IMG/VR virus record: IMGVR_UViG_3300045988_159773
Origin: a virus
Length of the DNA stretch: 64,000 nucleotides
Reading direction: 5' to 3' (one strand)
Position 1 is the first letter of the stretch, and the number at the start of each line of letters is the position of its first letter. A program made the translations under genes and the position numbers. The notes under the pieces were generated by a model. It did no database searches. It was given only the letters and a program-made list of their open reading frames with translations, and was not told where the DNA came from. Of the stretch, positions 32,802 through 41,250 are shown piece by piece.

Positions 32802-33662
32802 TCATACCTGTTCCATACCCAAAAGCCGAAAGATGAACGCCCGAAACTTCTCACGCGCTGTGTCAAAGTCCATCACCGCCAGCATACGAGTCCAGCACTC
32901 GTTAACGTCGAACGGCAACTCCAAATTTGCAACGTCCTTCTTAGCCAACTTTTCCATAATCTGCTCGGTGTTATCACGCCCGACTTTATCTGGGTCGAGG
33001 GATAGAACTATTTTGCCGTAGTGCTCTTTGAACAGTTCCACCAGTCCGTTGTGGTTTCCTGCGCCGTTCAAAGCAATCGCCTTAAAGCCGACTGTGCAGA
33101 ATGTGTAGGCATCAATCATTGACTCGCACACGAACACCATATCGGTCGGGCGCAACGTGTGCGTGAGGGCGGGAACGGCGTCCGTCGGAGCTGAGTTCGC
33201 ATACCCCTTCTCATGAATAAGGCGTGATACATCATACATAAAGTACCCGTCCTTATCGAACGCTGGCATCGAAACTCGGTCATCGTATTCGTGAACCCGA
33301 AACTGCTCCTGCACCTCATACGAGATGCCGCGAGAGAACAGATACTTCGATGGTGTGTACTCAAATCGCGACATATGAAATTTCGCGACAGACGGCGAAT
33401 TGAGTGTTGGCAGTTTCTTTTTCTTCTTGCGCAGACCAAAGTCGTGCTCGATGTTTAGCAACTTGTAAATGTTGCCAGACTTTCCCGTCGAGAAGTCTTT
33501 AAAGAAACCCTCGGTGAACTTCTCCGTGTCGCGGAGCAAAACCGAGCAAGACGGATTCTTGTCATTGGGGTTAAAAGGGGAACATATGTACGCATAGTTC
33601 CCCTTTACCTTAGGGCGTCCGAAGTGCGCCTCTAAAATTTCAAGTAGTTCTTGCTCTGCCAT
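32802..33662 (-). CDS. DNA primase (zinc finger + TOPRIM)
   Basis: 286 aa. CSPFNPNDKNPSCSV zinc-binding element; MVFVCESMIDAYTF and SLDPDKVGRD TOPRIM-like acidic motifs. Confidence 0.65.
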   Translation of the reverse strand: MAEQELLEILEAHFGRPKVKGNYAYICSPFNPNDKNPSCSVLLRDTEKFTEGFFKDFSTGKSGNIYKLLNIEHDFGLRKKKKKLPTLNSPSVAKFHMSRFEYTPSKYLFSRGISYEVQEQFRVHEYDDRVSMPAFDKDGYFMYDVSRLIHEKGYANSAPTDAVPALTHTLRPTDMVFVCESMIDAYTFCTVGFKAIALNGAGNHNGLVELFKEHYGKIVLSLDPDKVGRDNTEQIMEKLAKKDVANLELPFDVNECWTRMLAVMDFDTAREKFRAFIFRLLGMEQV

Positions 33663-33663
33663 T

Positions 33664-34659
33664 TCAACCCTTCAATACGCTGTTCGGATGCCTCCAATTC
33701 TCATTAGTGGTATCGCGCACCCGCAGGTATCCGTCCTCGGCTTCCTCGGCCACGACGTGCGTCTCGACTGGGCTTACCGACCTTATCCTATACAACGAGA
33801 ACAGGCAACGCGCTTCCTCATCTCCGTCCTTGCTGTAAAGATTCGGCAGATGACCGCGCAACGCCAAGTCCGTAACTGTCGGCAGTTTCATGATTTCGTA
33901 GTTCGTGCACAGGGTCGAGAGGAATCCCTCAAACCCCTTCGGGAACAGAGGGTCGCCATCTTTACATCCCGCTGCAATCGCGTCCACAGTGTTGTACTTC
34001 TCCGCAATTTCCTTTGCCACCTTCTTTCTGATGCGCGGAAACCCTGGCAGATTGTCCGAACTGTCCCCGACCATCGCCCTGTACAGCGGCAACGCGTCGA
34101 TACGGCAACCGAGAAACTTATCGGTGTATTTCGGGTCTTCGTAGTAAGTCTTCAAATCGACCAACTTCAACCTGCCGTCGGTATCGAACTCCTTCGCAAT
34201 AAAGATGTTGTCACCCGCCGCGAGAAGTTGCAACATATCCCCGTCCGCAGAATACACGATGATGCGCTCGTATTCCGACTGCCACATCTGCGCCATATAC
34301 GCGATAACTTCGTCCGCTTCCAGAGCGCGGTGGAAAGCAATTTGCGTGCGATCAAACGCCGCCGCACACTCAGCAATGACACCCAAGTCATCAAACGCCG
34401 TTGCAACCGTGCCGTGCCCGCGATTCGCTTTGTACTCTGGATTAAGGCTCGTGCCGTGAACAGCCACGCCGTCCAGACAGAATACGATGTCCGCCTCTGG
34501 GTGCTTCGTGTTCAGTGACTTCAACAGCCGAGCGACACCATACAAATGCCCAGATTTCAGCACCGTGCCGTTATGCAGTGTCACCTGCAAGTCCTGATGA
34601 ACGTGCCACATACGGTGGATGACCCACGATGCGTCAATAAGTATTAGTTCCTTTTTCAT
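33664..34659 (-). CDS. 5'-3' exonuclease / flap endonuclease (RNase H-like, PIN domain)
   Basis: 331 aa. LIDASWVIHR, LDGV...EYKANR, YSADGDMLQL, MVGDSSDNLPGFPRIRKKVAKEI. Confidence 0.8.
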   Translation of the reverse strand: MKKELILIDASWVIHRMWHVHQDLQVTLHNGTVLKSGHLYGVARLLKSLNTKHPEADIVFCLDGVAVHGTSLNPEYKANRGHGTVATAFDDLGVIAECAAAFDRTQIAFHRALEADEVIAYMAQMWQSEYERIIVYSADGDMLQLLAAGDNIFIAKEFDTDGRLKLVDLKTYYEDPKYTDKFLGCRIDALPLYRAMVGDSSDNLPGFPRIRKKVAKEIAEKYNTVDAIAAGCKDGDPLFPKGFEGFLSTLCTNYEIMKLPTVTDLALRGHLPNLYSKDGDEEARCLFSLYRIRSVSPVETHVVAEEAEDGYLRVRDTTNENWRHPNSVLKG

Positions 34660-34866
34660 TTACTCCTCCGAGTCTCTTTGATTAGCAAACTCCGCCACAC
34701 ACTTCAAACAGTAATGCCGACTTCCGTCCTTAGACGATATGAAGTCTCGTATCATTCGCGCCTCATCAACTCGATGATTTACAATTAGTATCTCTCCACA
34801 CTCGGCGCAACGGCAGTCAAGCCGCACATCAACCTCTCTTAAATCTTCGATGGTTTTATTTTTCAT
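34660..34866 (-). CDS. small zinc-ribbon protein
   Basis: ORF 34660..34938 starts at TTG. ATG 34866 follows GGGAGGTG. CRCAECGE...CLKC. Confidence 0.5.
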   Translation of the reverse strand: MKNKTIEDLREVDVRLDCRCAECGEILIVNHRVDEARMIRDFISSKDGSRHYCLKCVAEFANQRDSEE

Positions 34867-37114
34867 TGTTGCACCTCCCGCTCTCCATATACCACCGCGC
34901 AAACCTTTTTGCTTGCCATTCAGTAAAGTTTCTGACAACGTGTGTCTTCTTCCACTCCGTCACAGCGTCCAGCTCGTCGGGCGTCCCAGAGAACGTTGGA
35001 ATGTGAATGCGAATCATCGTGTTTTCGCGTTCCTCACGACCGCGCAACATCTTCAATAATGAGTGGAATACGTTCTCAACCAAATACACGTAGTTTCCTC
35101 TGTACCAGTCCCCGATGTTTTTCTGCTCCATCCACGAAACCACATAATTTGAGTTGATAAAGTCCACAGGACAGAACTCGTCGTTGTACAATTTCAGATT
35201 TACATTGTTCACTCTGGACGGCAAGTTGCCATACGCATCCATTCGCTGCCAATCCTCGACGTGCCTCTTCGCTGAAACGTAAAATGTGTACTTCGGTTCA
35301 CAAACGACATTTGGATTAGTCGTATCTGGAACTCCATAAATACGCTTGCGATAATAGATAGGCTCACCGCCAGTCTCTTCCGCCGTTTTATACGGCTTGC
35401 CTTCCCTATCCAGCTCGTACCATTCATCCTGCTTCTCAATAAAGCTGATGGTATTCAGACCTGGCTTGATGTCTTCGGCATCACGCGCACGATTTTCATA
35501 TCCGCGAGAGCGGTGCTCTTCCTGCTTCCACGTATAATCATAATGACTTGCGGCGGCGCGTTCAACGATGAGAATCGTGTCCCCGATTCGAACATCACCC
35601 TCCTTGCCGAGATCACGCCACTGCGAAAAATACGTCTTGAAATCAGGATATTTATTTGACGTCAGTTGTGCGTCCGCAGACGAGAAAATGACCTTATCGG
35701 ACGGCACGCGCAGATTGACATCTTTCAGCTCAGTAAATATGTTGGTGCTTTGAACCAGACCCTCGATAATGTAGAAAAGCATCATCTTATCGATTGCCTT
35801 CTTTACGACAGGGTCGCGTAACTTCGTTTTTCCTGGTTCGATTATATCATTCTTGTAGTCGTATTCACCTTTCCAGTCGGGCTTGATTTTCCTCTCCGCT
35901 TCCGCCCACGTAGCCGCCGACTCGAACAGATTGTCCTCAACGAACACCTCTTCGTCAATAAAGCTCAGCCAGATGTTCTCGCCATTGCGGATAATCATTC
36001 CGACCTGATTCTCATGGTAATATTCCAACGCTTTCAGTCCGTCGATTTCAGAATCGTATGCGAAGTACTTCTTGTCCTTCGAAGTGCGGAAAAACGTGAT
36101 GCATTTTTCGCTCGGAGCGAACACGTCCAATACGCACTGCTTCTTGAAAATCTCGGTCGTTGTTCCGTGATTGCCGTCGAACCTGCCGAACTCCTTCACC
36201 GCCAGCAATGCGAACTCTTCATCAAGAAACTTGAACTTCTGATAAAGCACCAGCGGACTGTTGCTCGTCTTACCCCTTCTCAACTGGGTCAAAGTAAAGG
36301 TCTCTCCAAACAATGAACGCAACGCGAAAATGTTGAGCTCTAACATGAAAATCGAGTCCTTCATCTTGTCCACGCGCTGTCGCAGTTCCGCAAGCTGCAA
36401 CTCCTGCTTCTCTTTCAGTTCCTGCATCTTGCGTTCCATTTCTTTCCGCGCAAGCTCATATTTCTCTTTCGCCTCAGCCTCGGCACGTTCAAGCTCTTTC
36501 TGCATCTCCGCGTGCTTGCTTCTTACCTCGCACATATGAACCGTTGTGGGCAAGCCTAACGCACTTTCCGTGTTCGCCAACACAAGCCCACCGCCTTCCA
36601 CGTCAACGGGATTGCCGCCCGAAAGCATCGCGCTTATGTCCCCGACAGTAAAGTCGTCATAGTTGTTCACACGCTCGACATCCACGAACTCTTTCGGAAT
36701 GGCGAGGTAACGAGTAGCCGCGTATTTGAGTACGTAAAACCGACCCGTCTCTACCACGATTTCCAACTTGCCTCCAAGCTCTTCGTAGTGAGCCATCGCA
36801 CGCTTAACCGCATCAATCTTCTTCGGCAACCATTCCTCGTAGTCCTTCTTCGGGTCGCTTCCGTAACCGCCGAACTGCTTAGTCAACAGCTCATCAAAGT
36901 CACCGAAATCACACACCCAGCGAGATGCCCGACTGTCGTAATGCTGATGCGCCTTTGAAATAACGAAAAGACAGTCATCATCGATGCCCGCCTTGTATCC
37001 ACACTCTTGCGTCTTGGGATAGTAATAATATTTGCTTCGGTCTTCAATAGAGAATAGGTGAGTCTGCAACTCATCGAATTTTATTCCGTTGATATACCCG
37101 ATTTTGTTCAGCAT
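34856..37114 (-). CDS. large hypothetical protein (752 aa) in replication module
   Basis: ATG after AAGGAGGA. Central coiled coil KHAEMQKELERAEAEAKEKYELARKEMERKMQELKEKQELQLAELRQR. No NTPase or polymerase motif recognised. Confidence 0.65.
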   Translation of the reverse strand: MLNKIGYINGIKFDELQTHLFSIEDRSKYYYYPKTQECGYKAGIDDDCLFVISKAHQHYDSRASRWVCDFGDFDELLTKQFGGYGSDPKKDYEEWLPKKIDAVKRAMAHYEELGGKLEIVVETGRFYVLKYAATRYLAIPKEFVDVERVNNYDDFTVGDISAMLSGGNPVDVEGGGLVLANTESALGLPTTVHMCEVRSKHAEMQKELERAEAEAKEKYELARKEMERKMQELKEKQELQLAELRQRVDKMKDSIFMLELNIFALRSLFGETFTLTQLRRGKTSNSPLVLYQKFKFLDEEFALLAVKEFGRFDGNHGTTTEIFKKQCVLDVFAPSEKCITFFRTSKDKKYFAYDSEIDGLKALEYYHENQVGMIIRNGENIWLSFIDEEVFVEDNLFESAATWAEAERKIKPDWKGEYDYKNDIIEPGKTKLRDPVVKKAIDKMMLFYIIEGLVQSTNIFTELKDVNLRVPSDKVIFSSADAQLTSNKYPDFKTYFSQWRDLGKEGDVRIGDTILIVERAAASHYDYTWKQEEHRSRGYENRARDAEDIKPGLNTISFIEKQDEWYELDREGKPYKTAEETGGEPIYYRKRIYGVPDTTNPNVVCEPKYTFYVSAKRHVEDWQRMDAYGNLPSRVNNVNLKLYNDEFCPVDFINSNYVVSWMEQKNIGDWYRGNYVYLVENVFHSLLKMLRGREERENTMIRIHIPTFSGTPDELDAVTEWKKTHVVRNFTEWQAKRFARWYMESGRCNNEK

Positions 37115-37159
37115 CTTTTGAGTCCTCCTTCGAACTTACCTACATATACAAAATCAAAC

Positions 37160-38701
37160 TTATAAATCAAAAACATAATGCAAAGTGCCCGCATTTGCCA
37201 ACGTCAGTAAATTTCCAATCTCATCCTGGTGCTTAACAGCAGAATGATATTGTGGCATTCTTGAATACACCTTACCAACGCTTGGAATAAAACAGTCACC
37301 TGTCTTATTGAATAGCGTGCATTCTTTCATAAATATTATTCGAACGCTCGGTGGTGTAACCTCAATAAACCTTCCTCCCATAGCCGCCAACGAAGTACCT
37401 GCATGCTTATCAAAATCAACAAAATAATGCACTTCCTTAACACTGGGATAATGTCTCCTCGCCCAATCCTTAACGTGCCTCATCAATCTGCTTGCACCAC
37501 CAACAACAACCGTATTTAACGCAGTTGCCGAACGACCTATCTCGAGAGCCGTCCTATCATACCCACCACGACCTGTTTGCTTAAAAGTAACTCCATAAGC
37601 CATTAAAATTCTTCCGTCAAACTCCAAACCAAAAGTAACAATGGTACCGCCCTTTGCACCAAACTCACTATTTTGCTTAAAGAACTTCTCCGACTCTGAA
37701 TGACTCAACTCGCGTAAAATACACTTTCTTGCAAACACACGATTCGAACGACCGAAACAACCTAAAACCTGAGATTTTATCCTCTCTCGTATCCTCTCAT
37801 CATCCCATTCCCAATCCCAAATATGAATAAGGCGTATTCCATTCTCACGACACACCAACGACTTATCTTGATGATACTTCATTGGATTTGAAACACGCTT
37901 TGACAACTGCTGGACAGAGTGCCAATAAGAGCCGTTGAACTCAATAGCCATCTTAGCGTCTTCAAAATAAAAATCTAGCTCCTTTCCATGTAACACAGTA
38001 CGGTTACTCGCTTCGAACACCAATCCCTCATCACGTAACCACGAACCAATCAAAGTCTCATACGAACTCTTTTGAGTACGCTCCAATTTCAAAGTACCAT
38101 ATTCACTGCGCGACGCTATCGCGTGCAACGGCAAACCTAAACGCGTTGCAACCACCCTAGCGGTACGATCTTCAATCGGCAAACTATCCACGTACTGCTG
38201 CAACAAAACCTCATCATCAAGCATCTTCAAGGTCTCAATTGGCAAGTCACCATACACACCCCGATAAAAATCTATTCTGTCAACCTCAGACCACCTCCGA
38301 AACATCGCGTCCGAACACCCAATAGAGAATGCCTCTCGATGACCACCATCATCTCGCTTCCAATGCTCCAACATCTTCCTTCGTTTAGACTCAAGCAGAC
38401 TCGGATTATCTTCATAACGCTTTTTATGAATCTGAGACAACTTCTCTGAACGCTCTGCTCGTTGTTCATCAGTAAGGCTTGCTTCATACAACTTCACAGA
38501 CTCGGAAATCTTTGCATGCGCTTCCTTATTAGAGGTCCATCCGATAACCGCGCACTTCTTACTACAATATTTATCTCTTCTCCAATTCATAGGTTTGCCG
38601 CACACAATGCAAATCTTATCTTTTCTGCAATCTGGACAAACCTTACAACTCGTAGTAGATTCAAACTCTTTTCCGCACTGCGAACAAGTCTCTATTCTCA
38701 T
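37160..38701 (-). CDS. free-standing homing-endonuclease-like protein (Zn-ribbons + PD-(D/E)XK/Vsr-like nuclease + C-terminal domain)
   Basis: ORF 37160..38782. ATG 38701 (MRIETCSQCGKEF...) lies after the capsid-gene terminator and GGTGGG. ...SYETLIGSWLRDEGLVFEASNRTVLHGKELDFYFEDAKMAIEFNGSYWHS. Confidence 0.6.
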   Translation of the reverse strand: MRIETCSQCGKEFESTTSCKVCPDCRKDKICIVCGKPMNWRRDKYCSKKCAVIGWTSNKEAHAKISESVKLYEASLTDEQRAERSEKLSQIHKKRYEDNPSLLESKRRKMLEHWKRDDGGHREAFSIGCSDAMFRRWSEVDRIDFYRGVYGDLPIETLKMLDDEVLLQQYVDSLPIEDRTARVVATRLGLPLHAIASRSEYGTLKLERTQKSSYETLIGSWLRDEGLVFEASNRTVLHGKELDFYFEDAKMAIEFNGSYWHSVQQLSKRVSNPMKYHQDKSLVCRENGIRLIHIWDWEWDDERIRERIKSQVLGCFGRSNRVFARKCILRELSHSESEKFFKQNSEFGAKGGTIVTFGLEFDGRILMAYGVTFKQTGRGGYDRTALEIGRSATALNTVVVGGASRLMRHVKDWARRHYPSVKEVHYFVDFDKHAGTSLAAMGGRFIEVTPPSVRIIFMKECTLFNKTGDCFIPSVGKVYSRMPQYHSAVKHQDEIGNLLTLANAGTLHYVFDL

Positions 38702-38708
38702 AACCCAC

Positions 38709-38745
38709 CAAAATAAAATACTCGTAGAGGAAACTCTACGAGTAT
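38709..38745 (-). terminator. strong intrinsic terminator after the major capsid gene
   Basis: Minus strand ATACTCGTAGAG-TTTC-CTCTACGAGTAT followed by TTTATTTT. Confidence 0.75.
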
Positions 38746-38778
38746 TATAACAATTTTGGTTAGACTTTTTTGCCCCTA

Positions 38779-39885
38779 TCAAGCAAAGTCGTAGTACTTG
38801 ATGGGTGCAGTGAGGTCCGCCGCGTCCGTGTTGTACATCATCTGAATCTGCGAAACCTGACCCACGAACAGCGAAACGTATTCCGCGTTGGTGATGTCGG
38901 GCAGAGTGATGTACAGGCTGATGGCGTAAGGGATATCCAAACGCAGGAAATCCTCGTCATAGCGGTACGCAACGATACGACCGTGGCTGTTCGTGCCCAT
39001 GCCGCTGAGCTGAGGACGTCCCTTCAGTTTCAAACGGTAGTTCTCCACGCCCGCCGCGATGGACTCGTCGATGCCCATGTTGTGCCCCATGATGAACTCG
39101 CGGAGCGTTGCCGTATACAGCGTGCTGAAACGGCTGGTAAGCTCGGTCGCATCCTCGACAGGCATAAGAATGTTGTCGGGAATAAGGGCGAGGTTCATGT
39201 TGGACTGAATCAGCGAGTCGCTGATGATGCCGTTGATGAGAGCCACAACCTCGCCGTCGGTCATCTGCGCAAAGCCCGTGCTCGCGGGAGCAAGCGTGCC
39301 AGCGGGAATAACCGAAACAGGAACGCGCGAGTCGCTGGTGAACAGACCGTCGTTGCCGTTCGCGCCGAGATACGCAATCTTGTTGACGAAGATATCAAAG
39401 CCCGCAACGATTGCGTCCTTGTAGATGGCTTCGAGCGATTTCGTGAAATTGACCTTGTTCAGTTTCTCGACCTCGATGAACTTCAGCCCGTACGCGATTT
39501 CGTAGGTGAATACATCCACCTTGTTCGCGTTGGCTTTCGCGTTCACACGCTGAACCTGGTTCACGTTGTTGCCGACCAGAGTGGTCTCATCGCCCTGACC
39601 AGCCCACTCGACCGTGTAGTATTCCACAAAGTCGACCAAGCCGCCGCCGACCTTGACAGGAATATCCTGGGCGTACGTGGTATTCCACTTCGGTTCGTAA
39701 ACCTTTTCGTGGAGTTTTGCAAGCGACGTCTGTACGAATGCAAAGTTCGAGTCATGCAGACGTCTGTCGCTGACGAGTTTCTTTGCCATAGCGGGGCTCG
39801 CGTCGAACACGCTGATGCCCGCAGGGTCGTACTGGAACGAGGATGCATGCATCTGACGGTCTTTCAAATTGATTTGAGTTAACAT
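38779..39885 (-). CDS. major capsid protein (DUF2184-like)
   Basis: 368 aa, ATG after GGAGGAGG. Preceded by scaffold- and decoration-like genes and followed by a strong terminator. Family assignment by eye only. Confidence 0.6.
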   Translation of the reverse strand: MLTQINLKDRQMHASSFQYDPAGISVFDASPAMAKKLVSDRRLHDSNFAFVQTSLAKLHEKVYEPKWNTTYAQDIPVKVGGGLVDFVEYYTVEWAGQGDETTLVGNNVNQVQRVNAKANANKVDVFTYEIAYGLKFIEVEKLNKVNFTKSLEAIYKDAIVAGFDIFVNKIAYLGANGNDGLFTSDSRVPVSVIPAGTLAPASTGFAQMTDGEVVALINGIISDSLIQSNMNLALIPDNILMPVEDATELTSRFSTLYTATLREFIMGHNMGIDESIAAGVENYRLKLKGRPQLSGMGTNSHGRIVAYRYDEDFLRLDIPYAISLYITLPDITNAEYVSLFVGQVSQIQMMYNTDAADLTAPIKYYDFA

Positions 39886-39906
39886 CTCTTTTACCTCCTC
39901 CTTCCT

Positions 39907-40392
39907 TTAAATGTACTGGACGTACACTTCGGACACGTTGCCCTCGGTGCGTCCAGTAAAGCGCATGCCTGGCAGGGAAATGTTGCTGCCCGCCGTGGCA
40001 GTAAACGCTCTGTTGGTGAAATCGTAATACACAGCCGCGCCCTCGGTTGGTGCCGTGCCCGTAAACGGTACAGCAATCGAGCCGCGAATCACAGCCGCGC
40101 CACGCACGCCTGGTTTGAAAACAACCTTGCCGTCTGGCGACTGCGGGAACATCGGGTCGAGCAATACGTTGGTAGCCAACGCAATGCCCGCAACCTTCTG
40201 CGTGCCCGAAAGAGCCGCTTTCGCGCGGGTGTAGACCTGGGGCGCACTCGAAGTGAGCAACAGGTCGCCTGGCAAAATGCCGTCGGTCTCGGAATTCGCT
40301 ACCGCGTAAGCGCGGCGCAGAGTGTCGTTGACCTGGGTCTCGTAGCCGACTTGCAGTTTCTTATATCCATCTGCTCCGTAAATCATACTCAT
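39907..40392 (-). CDS. head decoration / capsid cement-like protein (DUF2190-like)
   Basis: 161 aa. ...VAGIALATNVLL...GVRGAAVIRGSIAVPFTGTAPTEGAAVYY fits the DUF2190-type pattern. Immediately upstream of the capsid gene. Confidence 0.4.
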   Translation of the reverse strand: MSMIYGADGYKKLQVGYETQVNDTLRRAYAVANSETDGILPGDLLLTSSAPQVYTRAKAALSGTQKVAGIALATNVLLDPMFPQSPDGKVVFKPGVRGAAVIRGSIAVPFTGTAPTEGAAVYYDFTNRAFTATAGSNISLPGMRFTGRTEGNVSEVYVQYI

Positions 40393-40412
40393 GGTTTTCT
40401 TTCCTCCTCTCC

Positions 40413-40922
40413 TTACTTATTCGCGACTTTGTCGTAGCGGCTCTGGAAAGCAACCTGAGTTGCGGTCGCGGTGTCCATGACCTTCTTTTCGCCGACACGA
40501 GTAAAGCCAGAGTAAGCGTCCTTCACATCCTTGGATGCTTTTTCGCCGTCTTTGTCTTCGCCCTCGTCGTCCTTGTCCACATCCTCGTCGTCCGAGTCCT
40601 GAGCGTTGACAGGCTTTGACTTGTCGATTTCCATTTTCAATGGTTCGACCTCCATACCCGTCGCGGGCTCGTTGCCGTCCTTGATTTTGGGCTTCCCAGC
40701 AGAGCCGCCCGTGCCGAACGCTGCGTCGAACTTCGCCGACAGGTCTTTGATAGCGTCCCAGCAACCCTCGAGCGTAGGTCCGCCCTCGTCTTTCTTGGAC
40801 TTCGCATCCTCGGTCTTCACCGCCGCAATACCAGACTCGGAAATGTCGGGGTTATCCGTCAGTTCCTCGACTTCGTACACGTCATCGGCGTCGAACAAGC
40901 TGCGATATACTTTTTTAGGCAT
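40413..40922 (-). CDS. scaffolding-like acidic protein
   Basis: ORF begins at GTG 40928; ATG 40922 is 8 nt after GGAGG. Highly acidic (DSDDEDVDKDDEGEDKDGE). Upstream of decoration and capsid genes. Confidence 0.45.
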   Translation of the reverse strand: MPKKVYRSLFDADDVYEVEELTDNPDISESGIAAVKTEDAKSKKDEGGPTLEGCWDAIKDLSAKFDAAFGTGGSAGKPKIKDGNEPATGMEVEPLKMEIDKSKPVNAQDSDDEDVDKDDEGEDKDGEKASKDVKDAYSGFTRVGEKKVMDTATATQVAFQSRYDKVANK

Positions 40923-40960
40923 TATCACGTCCTCCTTTAATGAATCGTTTTTGTCCTTAA

Positions 40961-41242
40961 TTAAAAAGACAGCGAGCCGAGAAAAATATTCCCGACTCGT
41001 TTTATTTCCATTAACTCAGCGCAAAGTCGCACTTCCGATTCGATGTAACTGAATTGTGTTTGCCAGCCCCAAGAGCCGCCATAAATACCTGGAATCTTCT
41101 CTTTTCCGTCATGCGAGGGGTAAGGTGCTACCTCTTTCGTAGCACCTCCCTGCAAAATCAAAATACCAGCCTCACCAGACAACGCATCACTCAATGCATT
41201 GCCAGAAACAGACTTCGAATCAACTCCTCTCCTGGTTTTCAT
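40961..41242 (-). CDS. hypothetical protein
   Basis: 93 aa; ATG after TAGGAGGATTT; N-terminus MKTRR. Confidence 0.5.
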   Translation of the reverse strand: MKTRRGVDSKSVSGNALSDALSGEAGILILQGGATKEVAPYPSHDGKEKIPGIYGGSWGWQTQFSYIESEVRLCAELMEIKRVGNIFLGSLSF

Positions 41243-41250
41243 AAATCCTC

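Noticed and set aside
38770-39882. Long plus-strand ORFs (38770..39882, 58168..59247, 61976..62911, 10154..10957, 11207..12124, 8234..9109, 19772..20542 and others)
   Set aside because: - They are shadow ORFs antisense to well-supported minus-strand genes.
- Their translations are Arg/Val/His/Leu-rich with no motifs.
- They lack SD sites, and many begin at non-ATG codons in the track.
- Only 26961..27791 has protein-like sequence with recognisable motifs.
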